Below, one piece after another: positions 8,530 through 18,189 of a stretch of DNA of 64,000 bases (position 1 is the first letter of the stretch; each line of letters opens with the position of its first letter). The position numbers were made by a program, and so were the translations under genes. This DNA comes from Longimicrobiales bacterium. Lineage in GTDB: Bacteria; Gemmatimonadota; Gemmatimonadetes; Longimicrobiales; Gaopeijiaceae. Location: NCBI GenBank assembly GCA_965198065.1, contig CBDAON010000004.1:160001-224000 (forward strand). Direction: 5' to 3'. The notes under the pieces were generated by a model. That model was not told where the DNA came from and did no database searches. It saw nothing but the letters and a program-made list of their open reading frames with translations.

Positions 8530-8557
8530 GTGTCGCATAATGTACATTATGTAAAGT
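8530..8557. other. dif: dif site (XerC/XerD chromosome dimer resolution site)
   Basis: GTGTCGCATAA-TGTACA-TTATGTAAAGT matches the 11-6-11 dif consensus (E. coli GGTGCGCATAA TGTATA TTATGTTAAAT); intergenic between convergent genes. Confidence 0.9.
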
Positions 8558-9270
8558 TAGTCCTTTCGCACGGCGACCACGGCCACCCGTCTTCGAAGCC
8601 CCGGCACGAGCGCCTGCCCCCATCGCTCCACCGTCCGGAGGAACGGGACGTGGGATTGGACGTGGCGCGCCGTTTCGATGGAGAACCCGATGGCTTCGAG
8701 CTCTCCGGTCACACGCTCGAGCGTTTTGTAGTCTACGTGAGTCGGATCCGGCTCCAGGACGCCCTGCACGCGGAGGCGCTCCAAGAAGTGACCTGGATTG
8801 GGCGTCCAGACGACGAGACGCCCTCCGGCGCGTAGGAGCCGATGGGCCTCTCCATAGGCCCGCCGAGTGGTCTCCGCATAGAGGTGCTCGACCAGGTCGG
8901 CGGCTACGACGAGGTCCCAGACTCCTCCCCGGAGCCCGGTCTCGGCCACATCGGCCTGGACGAAGTGGAGGTGGTCGATCGGTTCGGCGGCAAGACGACT
9001 CCGGCAGACGGCAAGCGCGGCCGCCGCGAAATCCACCCCGACCACGATGGCCGCGGTCCGGGCCAACCCGAACGAGATCGTGCCCCAGCCGCATCCGAGG
9101 TCCACGGCTCGACCGTCGGACCGCACGCGGCAGAGCTTCAGGACCTCCCGAACGCGGTAGCGCTGGAAGGCGCTTTCGGGATCGCGGAGGTGAGGCCCTC
9201 CCATCTCGAAGTACCCGCTGGTCTCGTAGTGCCGGCGATCGATAGTGTCCGGGGCGTCCTTCCCCGTCAT
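8557..9270 (-). CDS. Class I SAM-dependent methyltransferase
   Basis: AVDLGCGWG motif I, VVGVDFA, DLVVAADLVEHL, LRAGGRLVVWTPN. Confidence 0.88.
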   Translation of the reverse strand: MTGKDAPDTIDRRHYETSGYFEMGGPHLRDPESAFQRYRVREVLKLCRVRSDGRAVDLGCGWGTISFGLARTAAIVVGVDFAAAALAVCRSRLAAEPIDHLHFVQADVAETGLRGGVWDLVVAADLVEHLYAETTRRAYGEAHRLLRAGGRLVVWTPNPGHFLERLRVQGVLEPDPTHVDYKTLERVTGELEAIGFSIETARHVQSHVPFLRTVERWGQALVPGLRRRVAVVAVRKD

Positions 9271-9983
9271 TGGAGGGCGTCGGGACTTGGCCGGGTCACC
9301 CCGCTCAGACGAGACCCCTGGGTGTCCTCCCACGCTCGGCTCCGGGCGGCTTCGCCCGACAGCTCCAGGAGGGCGTCTCGAAGCACGCGCTCCGCTTCGG
9401 GAAGCGCAGCCTCCCGATCGGCCCGGGTCCGGTGGGCCCGAAAGTGAAGCGGGGATCCGAACCGGAGGTGTACCGTCTGCCCGCCCCTTGGGCGGGCGGC
9501 CCAGCGGGGCCATACGTCGTACGTCCCGTCGAGCCCCACCGGAATCACGGGCACTCCGGCCCGGAGCACGACCCGGACGGCTCCCCTTCGGAGCGGCTGG
9601 AGGGTCCCCTCCCAGCTCCGCTCTCCTTCCGGATACAGGCACACACCCTCCCCGCGCTGGAGCAAGCGAAGGAGGATCCGGACCGCCTGGGGGTCGACTC
9701 GATATCGGCGGACGGGAAACGCCCGGGTGGGCCCCAGGAGCGCGCGGAAGAACGCGGACGAAAACTGGGTGCTCTTCGTCATCGTGTGCACGGTTCGGCG
9801 GCACACCGACTGCACCACGATGGGATCGATCACGCTCTGGTGATTGGGGAGGAGGATGCAAGGCCCGGTCCGTGGAACGTTCTCCAGGCCCTCGACCCGA
9901 AGGTCCGCCAGGCGGCGTACCCACCACCCGCTCGCGAGCTGTATGAGGCGATACGTGAAGGGAGTCGCCCCCAACGCTACCAC
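9267..9983 (-). CDS. Lysophospholipid/glycerol acyltransferase (PlsC-like)
   Basis: NHQSVID (HX4D), FPVRR, YPEGERS, VPVIPV motifs; start codon is a best guess. Confidence 0.88.
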   Translation of the reverse strand: MVALGATPFTYRLIQLASGWWVRRLADLRVEGLENVPRTGPCILLPNHQSVIDPIVVQSVCRRTVHTMTKSTQFSSAFFRALLGPTRAFPVRRYRVDPQAVRILLRLLQRGEGVCLYPEGERSWEGTLQPLRRGAVRVVLRAGVPVIPVGLDGTYDVWPRWAARPRGGQTVHLRFGSPLHFRAHRTRADREAALPEAERVLRDALLELSGEAARSRAWEDTQGSRLSGVTRPSPDALQ

Positions 9984-10594
9984 CCCCGGATGCGAGGCTG
10001 GAACTCCGCGATCTCCCCCCGTCCCTCCGCGCGCCACACGACACGGAGCTGCGCTCTCAGGAGCTCCTCCCACCTCCGCGGAGAATCCCGATCGAGCCGA
10101 AAGCTCACGAGGCCGCCTTCCGCGGGCGCGATCTGCACTGCCGACGACGAGCCCTGGACGGCCCGAACGCGGCTCAGCTGCCACTCGTGCACGGGCCCGC
10201 TTCTCTCGGTGAAGGTCAGGCGGTCGTCCGTCAACCGGAGGACCCCAGCTCTTCGAACCCCGAAGCGCTCACAGTACCCCAGCAGTGCACCCCGGAACCG
10301 GATCGGAGACTCGCGGGCCGCCACCCGCATGGACGCGTCCACCTCGGCCGGCAGGGCCGAGGGGCCCTGCCCTCCCGCTGGGAGGGGGCCCGCCGGACCG
10401 CCCATCCTGTCGGCGAGGGCGCGGGCCGGGACCTCCTCGACCTCACCCGCCGGGTCTCTCACCCTAATCCGGGTTCCCCCGGTCCCGGGCTCGAATTGCC
10501 GCCGGCAGGCAGGACAGCCGACCGAGCTCCCCTGGGCCTCCAGGGGCTCGTGCCCGCAGCAAGGGCATCGGTACAGCAGGTGCGCGAGCGGCAT
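9977..10594 (-). CDS. Hypothetical protein with an N-terminal Zn-ribbon and a PH-like C-terminal domain
   Basis: LLYRCPCCG...GCPAC; C-terminal GVLRLTDDRLTF...WQLSRVRAVQ; overlaps the start of the downstream acyltransferase. Confidence 0.65.
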   Translation of the reverse strand: MPLAHLLYRCPCCGHEPLEAQGSSVGCPACRRQFEPGTGGTRIRVRDPAGEVEEVPARALADRMGGPAGPLPAGGQGPSALPAEVDASMRVAARESPIRFRGALLGYCERFGVRRAGVLRLTDDRLTFTERSGPVHEWQLSRVRAVQGSSSAVQIAPAEGGLVSFRLDRDSPRRWEELLRAQLRVVWRAEGRGEIAEFQPRIRGW

Positions 10595-10620
10595 GCGTAT
10601 CTTCCTCGAACGGTGCGTCC

Positions 10621-11364
10621 CTAGAGGCGTCCCGCGACGTCCAGGAGCCTCAGCTTCCAGACCTTCCAGACCGCCTCGAAGATGATCCGCTTCGACATCT
10701 TCGACTTTCCGCGCCCACGTTCCGTGAAGATGATCGGCACCTCGGCGAAGTGGAAACCCTTCCTCCACGCCCGGAGCTTGAGCTCGATCTGGAACGTATA
10801 CCCGGTGGACTCGATCCGGCTCAGGTTCAAGGCCTCCAAGACCCGGCTGTGGAACAAGTTGAAGCCGCCCGTGGCATCCGTTGCGGGAAGCCTCGTGACG
10901 ATGCGGGCATAGAGGTTCCCGAAAAGCGATACGAGGAGTCGGGTGACGGGCCAGTTGACCACGGTCACGTTCCCACCGACGTAGCGAGAGCCGATCACGA
11001 AATCCACCCCCGGCTCGTTCGATCGCTCGAGAAGCTCGGGGATGGCCGAAACGGGGTGCGAGAGGTCCGCATCCATCTGACCGATCCGCGCATAGCCGCG
11101 CTCGAACGCCCACCGGAAGCCCGCGAGATAAGCAGGACCGAGACCACCCTTCCCTTCCCTATGAAGGACGAAGACGCGCCCGGCGTGCGCGGCCGCGAGC
11201 GCCTCGGCCACCTCGCCCGTCCCGTCCGGAGACGAGTCGTCCACGACGAGGACGTCCAGGTCGGGGGACTGCTCGAGGATCGCGGGGATCAGCCGTGGGA
11301 GGTTCTCCCGCTCTTCGAAGGTGGGAACGACGATGAGGGTTCCCCTGTCGCTGGATTCGTTCAT
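10621..11364 (-). CDS. Polyprenol monophosphomannose synthase-like GT2 (Ppm1/DPM1)
   Basis: VVPTFEEREN, VVDDSSPDGT, QMDADLSH, GSRYVGG, DATGGF, GKSKMS. Confidence 0.9.
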   Translation of the reverse strand: MNESSDRGTLIVVPTFEERENLPRLIPAILEQSPDLDVLVVDDSSPDGTGEVAEALAAAHAGRVFVLHREGKGGLGPAYLAGFRWAFERGYARIGQMDADLSHPVSAIPELLERSNEPGVDFVIGSRYVGGNVTVVNWPVTRLLVSLFGNLYARIVTRLPATDATGGFNLFHSRVLEALNLSRIESTGYTFQIELKLRAWRKGFHFAEVPIIFTERGRGKSKMSKRIIFEAVWKVWKLRLLDVAGRL

Positions 11365-12353
11365 CCCTCGCCGTCCCAAGCCTCGGCAGCCCCGCGGCCA
11401 CGACCGTCCCGGCGCTCGGGCGCAGTCCTGTCGCGGAGCACCTCCCAGAGCGCCATGGCCCCCGCGGGGAGGAGCTCCACTCCGGTCATCCAGAGACGCG
11501 CGAGCACGGCGACTCCTACGGCAGCTCCGCCGAGCTCACCTTGGAGGAGCGCGATGAGAACGCCCTCGCGAACGCCGAGTCCCGCCGGAGCGAAGACCGC
11601 GACGTAGCCGAGAAGGTATGCCAGGGCGAAGGCCGACACGACGGGGACGGGCCCGGCCCCGAAGCCCAGCGCATGGACGAACGCGTAGAACGCGGCTCCG
11701 TAGACCACCCAGTTAAAGACGTACCAGAGAATCCACCGGGGCCCAAAGAAGCGCGTGACCCCTGGGGCCGCCTCTACGGGTATCCCACCCACCCGAAACG
11801 CGAGGGCGAGCGCCCTCCGGAGAAGGGTGGGGACAGCCAGCCACACGATCAGGACGGCAGCTGTGACGGCGGCTGCAACCATGAAGCCGGCGCCCGGCCC
11901 GGAGATCACTGGCAAGGCCAGGAGCGCAGCGGCCACGAGCGTGAAGGTCTGCGCGAGGATTCCCGCCGCTGCGGCCACGGTCCCCGAGACTCCGGCCCTC
12001 CTCGCGAGGACGGCCAGCCCGGCCACCGGCCAGACCTTGCCGGGCAGATAGCGCCCGAGGTTCGCGGAAAGAAAGATCCTGCACGACGCCAGGAAGCCAG
12101 GATCCCGACCCCCGAGCTCGGCCGCCATCTTCCCCCAGAGCCTGGCGCCGGTGAGGAAGCCGGCCAGGAGAAGCACGGTGGCCAGCGAGAGCACGCCGAG
12201 AGACACCCGGGGGAACGCCGTCTCGAGGGAGAGCGCCTCGTCCAGCGTGAAGCCGACTTGCCGGACGATCAGCCAGGTGACGCCAACAGTGAGGGCAAGC
12301 CGCCCGATCCACCTGGCCCACGCTCTCACGTTCTCTCCACCCTCACGCGCCAT
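11361..12353 (-). CDS. LPG_synthase_TM-family flippase-like membrane protein
   Basis: ANLGRYLPGKVW and APAGLGVREG motifs; multiple TM helices. Confidence 0.85.
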   Translation of the reverse strand: MAREGGENVRAWARWIGRLALTVGVTWLIVRQVGFTLDEALSLETAFPRVSLGVLSLATVLLLAGFLTGARLWGKMAAELGGRDPGFLASCRIFLSANLGRYLPGKVWPVAGLAVLARRAGVSGTVAAAAGILAQTFTLVAAALLALPVISGPGAGFMVAAAVTAAVLIVWLAVPTLLRRALALAFRVGGIPVEAAPGVTRFFGPRWILWYVFNWVVYGAAFYAFVHALGFGAGPVPVVSAFALAYLLGYVAVFAPAGLGVREGVLIALLQGELGGAAVGVAVLARLWMTGVELLPAGAMALWEVLRDRTAPERRDGRGRGAAEAWDGEG

Positions 12354-14880
12354 GCCCCCGGGGCCCGTCCCGCCGCCGAGCTCGGAGTCCGCTCATGCCC
12401 GCCAGGGTGGCCAGGAGCAGCGTCGAGATCACACTTACCCCGGCGCTCGCCCGGAGGAGGGGCGACTCGTACCAGAGCTCGACCCGATGCGCTCCCTGGG
12501 GAACGGCCACCGCACGAAGCGTGTGGTCGGCCCGAAGAACCCGAGCGGGCTCGCCGTCCACGGAGGCCCTCCACGAAGGGTACCAGTTCTCGGAGAGGAC
12601 GAGGAGCGCCGGGCCGGACGCCTCGACGTCCAGCACCAGCCGGTTGGGCGTCCGATCGACCCAGGTCGCGGTTCCCCGCACGTCGGGTCCGCCGACCTCG
12701 ATTGGAGGCGGTTCCACCAGCACCGTCTGCCGGGCTGGGTCGTACGTCACCTCGTCCTCCCCCAGGATCACGGCGAGCGTGCGATCCTCCGGCACGACGA
12801 TGGCCTCGCCCACGACGCGGACGCGCGGAAGTCCCGGATACGGATAGACCGAGGCGAGCGGGCTCCCGTCCGCCAGCACCGTCCGGCTCACCGGCTCGGC
12901 GCCCTCGAGGATGTCGTACTGCGCGTCCGGCCACAGGACATAGCGCACGTTCAGGATCCGCATGACGTTCGGATGGAAGAGCGCCAGATGCTCCGGTATC
13001 CCGCTCCCCTCCATCCCGATGAGCTCCCGGTAACGGGCCAGGTCGTTCGGGTGGTGGCCTCCAGCCAAGTCGAGGCCGTGCATCCCCGGGATCACGTCCT
13101 GCCCCCCCTGGACCATCGAGAACACTCTGAACGGAGGCTCTTCCTCCGCGCGTGCCTGTAGAAAGCGCACGTTGGGGTCAGCTGTGAGGAAGGCCCCTGG
13201 GTCCAGCGTCCGAACGAACGCGCGGTCTACCCGGATCTCGTCCGCGGCCACGAGGAGGGCCAGCAGGAAGACGAGCCCCGCTCCGTTCAGGAATCGGCGG
13301 CCGTACGCCCACCAGACGCCCAGCGTCACCGCGGAAAAGAGCGTGGCCACGAAGAACCCGCGCGTGATGAACGGCGCGGCGCGGCCCAGGGCCTGGAGGC
13401 CCACTTCAGTCAGGCCAGGGTGGATCACGGCTGTCCATGCCTGGAGGAGTGCGCCGGACGCGGCGAGGACGAGACCCAACGCCACGAGGCCGCCAGCGAC
13501 CAGGAGTGGCCGCACGACCCGACCCGTCTCTCCCCGAGCCGTGATCTCGAGGCCCCGCTCGACGCCGAGGGCCGCGAGCGTCGAGACCGCGAAGGCCGTG
13601 AGGAAGACGGCCATGGACGGGGCCCGGAAGAGCGAGATGCCCGGAAGAAGCTCGTACGCAACTCGCCAGACCGGGGTGTGCGCGCCGAGGGCGAACAGGA
13701 GCGCCGTCCCTCCCAGCCCCAAGAGGAACCAGCGGATCCCGCGCCACCCCGTCCCCGAGAGGGATAGGACGGCGAGAAGGAGGGCGACGAGGCCGAGATA
13801 CTCGTGGTTCAGCTTCACGGGGTTTCGCCCCCAATATGTGCCCTGGGCCCAGTCTGCGTCGGCGGCAGAGTTGCCGACGAACTCCGGGACGACGAGCGCG
13901 ACCGCCTCCTCCGGGTGGAGCGACCAGGAGGACGAGTACTCCACGCCCGCCCCCTCTTCCGCCGCTACCGTCGTCATCGTGCGGCGCGAGTGCTCCAACA
14001 CGTAGGCGACGGACGGAATGAGCTGGACGCCGGCCGCCCCGGCCCCCAGAACGGAAAAGAGAACGAACAGCGCCAGGCGCTTCAGCGCCGGCCCTCCCCT
14101 CACGGCCCCCTCCTGGACGGCGCGGAACACCGCGTACGTCCCCGCGGCCCCAAACAGGAAATACGCCATCTGGAACTGCGTGGTGAGGATCACGAGGGCC
14201 ACGATGGCTCCCTCAGCCGCCAACGGTACCAGGTCCCGCCGCCGGAATACCCACTCCACCGCCCAGAACAGGAGGGGCGCGAGCGCCGTCACCATGAGCT
14301 TCCCGTCGTTCCCTGGGAAAACCAGGGTTACGAGTGTCGGGGTGAGGAGGTACGCCACGCCTCCCACGAGCGACGCGGCCCTCGAGACCCCGAGCATCCG
14401 GAGCCACGCGTGCATGAAGCACCCGGCGAGAAAGACGTGAAGGACCAGCTTCCACCCCAGCGCGCGGTAGGTCTCCATCACCACCAGGAGGAGGAGCGAA
14501 GGCGGATATAGGGAGTCCCCGCCCGCGAGCGATTCCAGGAAGGGCGTGCCTCCCAGAAGAACGGGGTTCCAGACGGGGAAGCCGGTCGTTCGGAGAGTCT
14601 CGGCGAAGAAGGCTCGCGCCATGTAGCCGAGCCCGAGCGTGTCCGAGCCGTAGAGCATCCGATCCGAGAAGACGAACTCCCGGAACAGAAATAGCGTCAG
14701 GGCGGCGTAAGCGACCGGGGGCACCCATCGGGGGATCTCGGCCTCATGCCGGCCGCCGGTCGACTCGCTGGATCCGGATGCGCCGCTCGGATCGCCGGCG
14801 CGCTCCTTCGGGGCCCCGGCCTCTCCTTCGTCCGGTGCGCCCCCCTTTCCCCGCCGCCTCCGCCTTCCACCCGCGGTCAT
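12343..14880 (-). CDS. YfhO-family GT-C membrane glycosyltransferase
   Basis: PVWNPVLLGGTPF, LYPP, about 13 TM helices, C-terminal LVLSENWYPSWRASVDG...LRAVAVPQGAHRVELWY. Confidence 0.85.
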   Translation of the reverse strand: MTAGGRRRRRGKGGAPDEGEAGAPKERAGDPSGASGSSESTGGRHEAEIPRWVPPVAYAALTLFLFREFVFSDRMLYGSDTLGLGYMARAFFAETLRTTGFPVWNPVLLGGTPFLESLAGGDSLYPPSLLLLVVMETYRALGWKLVLHVFLAGCFMHAWLRMLGVSRAASLVGGVAYLLTPTLVTLVFPGNDGKLMVTALAPLLFWAVEWVFRRRDLVPLAAEGAIVALVILTTQFQMAYFLFGAAGTYAVFRAVQEGAVRGGPALKRLALFVLFSVLGAGAAGVQLIPSVAYVLEHSRRTMTTVAAEEGAGVEYSSSWSLHPEEAVALVVPEFVGNSAADADWAQGTYWGRNPVKLNHEYLGLVALLLAVLSLSGTGWRGIRWFLLGLGGTALLFALGAHTPVWRVAYELLPGISLFRAPSMAVFLTAFAVSTLAALGVERGLEITARGETGRVVRPLLVAGGLVALGLVLAASGALLQAWTAVIHPGLTEVGLQALGRAAPFITRGFFVATLFSAVTLGVWWAYGRRFLNGAGLVFLLALLVAADEIRVDRAFVRTLDPGAFLTADPNVRFLQARAEEEPPFRVFSMVQGGQDVIPGMHGLDLAGGHHPNDLARYRELIGMEGSGIPEHLALFHPNVMRILNVRYVLWPDAQYDILEGAEPVSRTVLADGSPLASVYPYPGLPRVRVVGEAIVVPEDRTLAVILGEDEVTYDPARQTVLVEPPPIEVGGPDVRGTATWVDRTPNRLVLDVEASGPALLVLSENWYPSWRASVDGEPARVLRADHTLRAVAVPQGAHRVELWYESPLLRASAGVSVISTLLLATLAGMSGLRARRRDGPRGHGA

Positions 14881-16022
14881 CGCGCCCCGGCCTCCGGTCG
14901 CGGCTCCCGCACGTCCCGGCCAGCGAGCAGATCCTCGTAGATCTCCAAGTGCCGGCCCACCAGCTGCGCGTTGCTCCAGCGCGCGACCACCCGCTCCCGG
15001 GCCCTCTTCCCCATGTCGGCCAACCCCGAATCCTCTAGCAGGCGGACCACGCCCTCGGCCAGGGCCGATGGATCCCCGGGCCGTACGAGGGCCCCCACGC
15101 CTGCGTTCACGATTTCCGTGAGGCCTCCCACGGCCGTGGCCACGACGGGCCGCTCGCAGGCCATGGCTTCCAGGGCAGCCACGGACGTCGCTTCCATGAG
15201 CGAGGGGAACACGGCGATCTCTCCCGAGCAGAGGAGCCCGGGCATCTCCTCGTGCGGGCGAGCCCCGAGAAACTCGACAGCGTTCCCCGTTCCCGTCCTT
15301 CGGGCGAGCGCCTCGAGCGCGGGGCGCTCCGGCCCGTCACCGACCAGGACCAGCCGCGCCCCAGGCACGCGCCCCAGAATCTCGGGCACGGCCCGAATCA
15401 GGTACTCCACCCCGTTCTTTCGGACGAGTCTCCGCGGGACCACGATCCTCCGCTCCCCGTTGCGCGGTGCGAGCGATGGGGGCACCGGGGCGAAGCGATC
15501 GGTGTCCACGCCGTTCGTGATCGCCTCCACCCGAGCGCCGGGAGCGAGATCGAGAGCGACCCGGGCGATCTCCTTGGAGGCGGCCAGCGCGTGGCTTGGC
15601 CAGCCAACGAGAGCCGCGAGAATCGGACGCCACAGGGGACTCCGCGCGCGAGCGAGAAAGTGGGAGGTGTGGAAGGAGGCCACCCAGGGCCTCTCGGCGC
15701 CGCGCGCAACGAGGCCCACCGGAAGGACCGAAGCGAAGGACTGGGCGTGAAGGACATCGGCCCAACCGGCCCAGCGGCGGGTCGCCGGAGCGGAGGCCAG
15801 GGCGTAGGCGGTCCAGCCCACGGCTGATCGGGACGGCATCCAGCACCGCCGGATGCGGACGCCTCCGACCTCTTCCTCCAGTGAGAGCCCCGGACGCGAC
15901 CGGGACGTCACGATCCGAACCTCGTGCCCCCGCGCCACCAGCCCCTCGGCGAGCCCCGAGACGTGACTTTCCATTCCCCCGACCTCGGGGAGGTAATAGA
16001 CGGCGTGGAGGAGGACCCTCAC
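14877..16022 (-). CDS. GT4-family glycosyltransferase
   Basis: GGMESHV, ITNGVD, VGDGPER, EATSVAALEAMACERPVVATAVGGLTEIV. Confidence 0.92.
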   Translation of the reverse strand: MRVLLHAVYYLPEVGGMESHVSGLAEGLVARGHEVRIVTSRSRPGLSLEEEVGGVRIRRCWMPSRSAVGWTAYALASAPATRRWAGWADVLHAQSFASVLPVGLVARGAERPWVASFHTSHFLARARSPLWRPILAALVGWPSHALAASKEIARVALDLAPGARVEAITNGVDTDRFAPVPPSLAPRNGERRIVVPRRLVRKNGVEYLIRAVPEILGRVPGARLVLVGDGPERPALEALARRTGTGNAVEFLGARPHEEMPGLLCSGEIAVFPSLMEATSVAALEAMACERPVVATAVGGLTEIVNAGVGALVRPGDPSALAEGVVRLLEDSGLADMGKRARERVVARWSNAQLVGRHLEIYEDLLAGRDVREPRPEAGAR

Positions 16023-17182
16023 TCCCCTTCCCCCTTCCCACGCTCGCGGAGGAACCGTTCGACGATCGAAGCGATCCTCTCCCCCGCCCGACCATCCCCG
16101 TAGGGGTTCGGAGCCCCGGAGCCGTCCCGTTCGGTGGCGCCGCGCGCGAGGAGCGTCTTGGCCTCGCCGACGATCCGCTCGGGGTCGGTGCCCACGAGCC
16201 GGGCAACCCCGGCGTCGAGCCCTTCGGGCCGCTCGCTCTTGTCCCGGAGCACGAGGACTGGCGTACCGAAGCTGGGCGCCTCCTCCTGGATCCCTCCCGA
16301 ATCGGTGAGAACGGCTCGGGCCCCCCGGAGGGCGGCAACCAGGTCCGGGTAGGAGAGGGGAGGGATCACGTGGATTCGCTCGCGGTCCCCTAGCAGGCGG
16401 CGGACGGGCTCCGTGACATTGGGATTCGGGTGCACGGGGTAGATCACTTCCAGGTCCGGAACCTCCGCCACCAGGCGGGTCACGCTCTCAAGCGCACGCT
16501 CGATGGGGGCTCCGAACGACTCCCTCCGGTGGAGCGTGAGGAGGACGAATGGAGGGGCGCCCTTCTCCAGGAGCCGGGCCAGAACCTCGGATCGGGGGGG
16601 CACTCCGCGGCCAGCCACGTCGACAAGAGCGTCCACGACCGTGTTTCCCGTCACGTGGATGCGCTCGTCCGGGACTCCCTCTCGAAGGAGGTTCTCCCTC
16701 GCGGCGCGTGTGGGAGCGAAGTGCAGGTCCGCCAGCACCGCGATGAGACGGCGGAACGCTTCCTCCGGGAACGGGCTCCGGAGGTCCCCGGTGCGAAGGC
16801 CCGCTTCGACATGCCCGGTCCAGGTCCGGTGGAAGTAGGCCGCCATGGTAGAGTAGAAGGCCGAGCCCGTGTCACCCTGCACGAGAAGCAGGTCCGGACG
16901 CCATTCCTCCAGCACGGCTCCGATTCCCGTGAGGCATTCCTGCGCCACGTCCGTGAGGGACTGGCCCTCCTTCATGATCTGAAGGTCCCAGTCCGGGTCG
17001 AGCTCGAATGTCTCGAGAGCCCCATCCACCAGGTCCGTGTGCTGCCCCGTGAGCGCGAGCCGAGTTTCGAGGTGGGGATCCCTGAGCTCGAGGGCCCGGA
17101 CCACCGGTGCCATCTTGATGGCCTCGGGCCGGGTACCCACCACAGCCAGCACCCTGGCCCCAACGCCCCCTTCCATCGTCAT
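16019..17182 (-). CDS. wecB: UDP-N-acetylglucosamine 2-epimerase (non-hydrolysing)
   Basis: GTRPEAIKMAP, QGDT, GHVEAGLR, HRRES, TDSGGIQEEAP, NPYGDG. Confidence 0.95.
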   Translation of the reverse strand: MTMEGGVGARVLAVVGTRPEAIKMAPVVRALELRDPHLETRLALTGQHTDLVDGALETFELDPDWDLQIMKEGQSLTDVAQECLTGIGAVLEEWRPDLLLVQGDTGSAFYSTMAAYFHRTWTGHVEAGLRTGDLRSPFPEEAFRRLIAVLADLHFAPTRAARENLLREGVPDERIHVTGNTVVDALVDVAGRGVPPRSEVLARLLEKGAPPFVLLTLHRRESFGAPIERALESVTRLVAEVPDLEVIYPVHPNPNVTEPVRRLLGDRERIHVIPPLSYPDLVAALRGARAVLTDSGGIQEEAPSFGTPVLVLRDKSERPEGLDAGVARLVGTDPERIVGEAKTLLARGATERDGSGAPNPYGDGRAGERIASIVERFLRERGKGEGE

Positions 17183-18189
17183 CCGACGCCGCGCCGGCGG
17201 TATGCCTCCACCTCCTCGCGTACGAGCGCGACCATCTCTGCGAGGAGGCCGAATCCGAAGAGAGTGAATCCCACGGTCTCGAGCAGCGCGACCAGCGTCA
17301 GGAGGGGACGGAACCCCAGCTGATGGAAGACCCGCAGGTAGATGGCGAGGAGCCCCACCAGAAAGCCCGCGGCGATCATTCCGAGGCCGAGGGTCCCGAA
17401 GAGGAGAAGCGGCTTTCGCGAGAAAATGAGCAGGAACCATACGGAGAGCAGGTCCACGAGCCCACCCAGAACGCGCCACCGTCCGGCGTACTTGGACGTT
17501 CCCGCCCGACGCGGATACAGCGTCACGTCCATCTCGGTTACGCTATACCCTCGAGCGTGCGCGAGCACGACAAAGAACCGGTGCCAGTCGTGCCTCAGGT
17601 ATATCCCTTCCAATACCTCGGCGCGGAACGCCTTGATCGAGTTCAGGTCCGAGACCGGAACCCGGAAGATCCTACGGGAGAGACGGTTGTAGATCGAGGA
17701 CACGACGCGCTTGTCGTACTCGCCCGTCTTCCGGCCGCAGACGATGTCCCACCCCTCGCCCATGAGCGCCAGAAAGCGCGGGATCTCCTCGGTGGAGTGC
17801 TGCAGGTCGGCGTCGAAGACGATCAGGACGGAGCGATCCGTGGCCCGAGCGGCGGTGAGGAGGGCCTCGGTCTTCCCCAGGTTCCTGCGGTGCGTCATCA
17901 CACGAAACGCGCTCCAGCCGGCGGCGGCCTCGCGCGCCAAGGCCCCGGTTTCATCCGACGAGCCGTCGTCGACCAGGATCACCTCGCCTTCGAGACCGTG
18001 GCGCCGGAAGGTCTCACGGAGCTCCCGGACCAGATCGTGGACGCCCGGGGCCTCGTCGAAGGCGGGCACGACCACGGCGAAGTCCCTGCGGTACGGCTCT
18101 GGGATCGCCGGAGTCGGGGAGGGCTCTACGACGTCCCTCGCCTCGGAGGCGCGTCCGCGCGACGTGCCCGACCGAGCCGCCTCAGACAC
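17179..18189 (-). CDS. GT2 glycosyltransferase with two C-terminal TM helices (ArnC/GtrB-like)
   Basis: VVPAFDEA, VDDGSSD, FDADLQH, RRAGTSKY, two hydrophobic C-terminal helices; start uncertain. Confidence 0.88.
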   Translation of the reverse strand: MSEAARSGTSRGRASEARDVVEPSPTPAIPEPYRRDFAVVVPAFDEAPGVHDLVRELRETFRRHGLEGEVILVDDGSSDETGALAREAAAGWSAFRVMTHRRNLGKTEALLTAARATDRSVLIVFDADLQHSTEEIPRFLALMGEGWDIVCGRKTGEYDKRVVSSIYNRLSRRIFRVPVSDLNSIKAFRAEVLEGIYLRHDWHRFFVVLAHARGYSVTEMDVTLYPRRAGTSKYAGRWRVLGGLVDLLSVWFLLIFSRKPLLLFGTLGLGMIAAGFLVGLLAIYLRVFHQLGFRPLLTLVALLETVGFTLFGFGLLAEMVALVREEVEAYRRRGVG

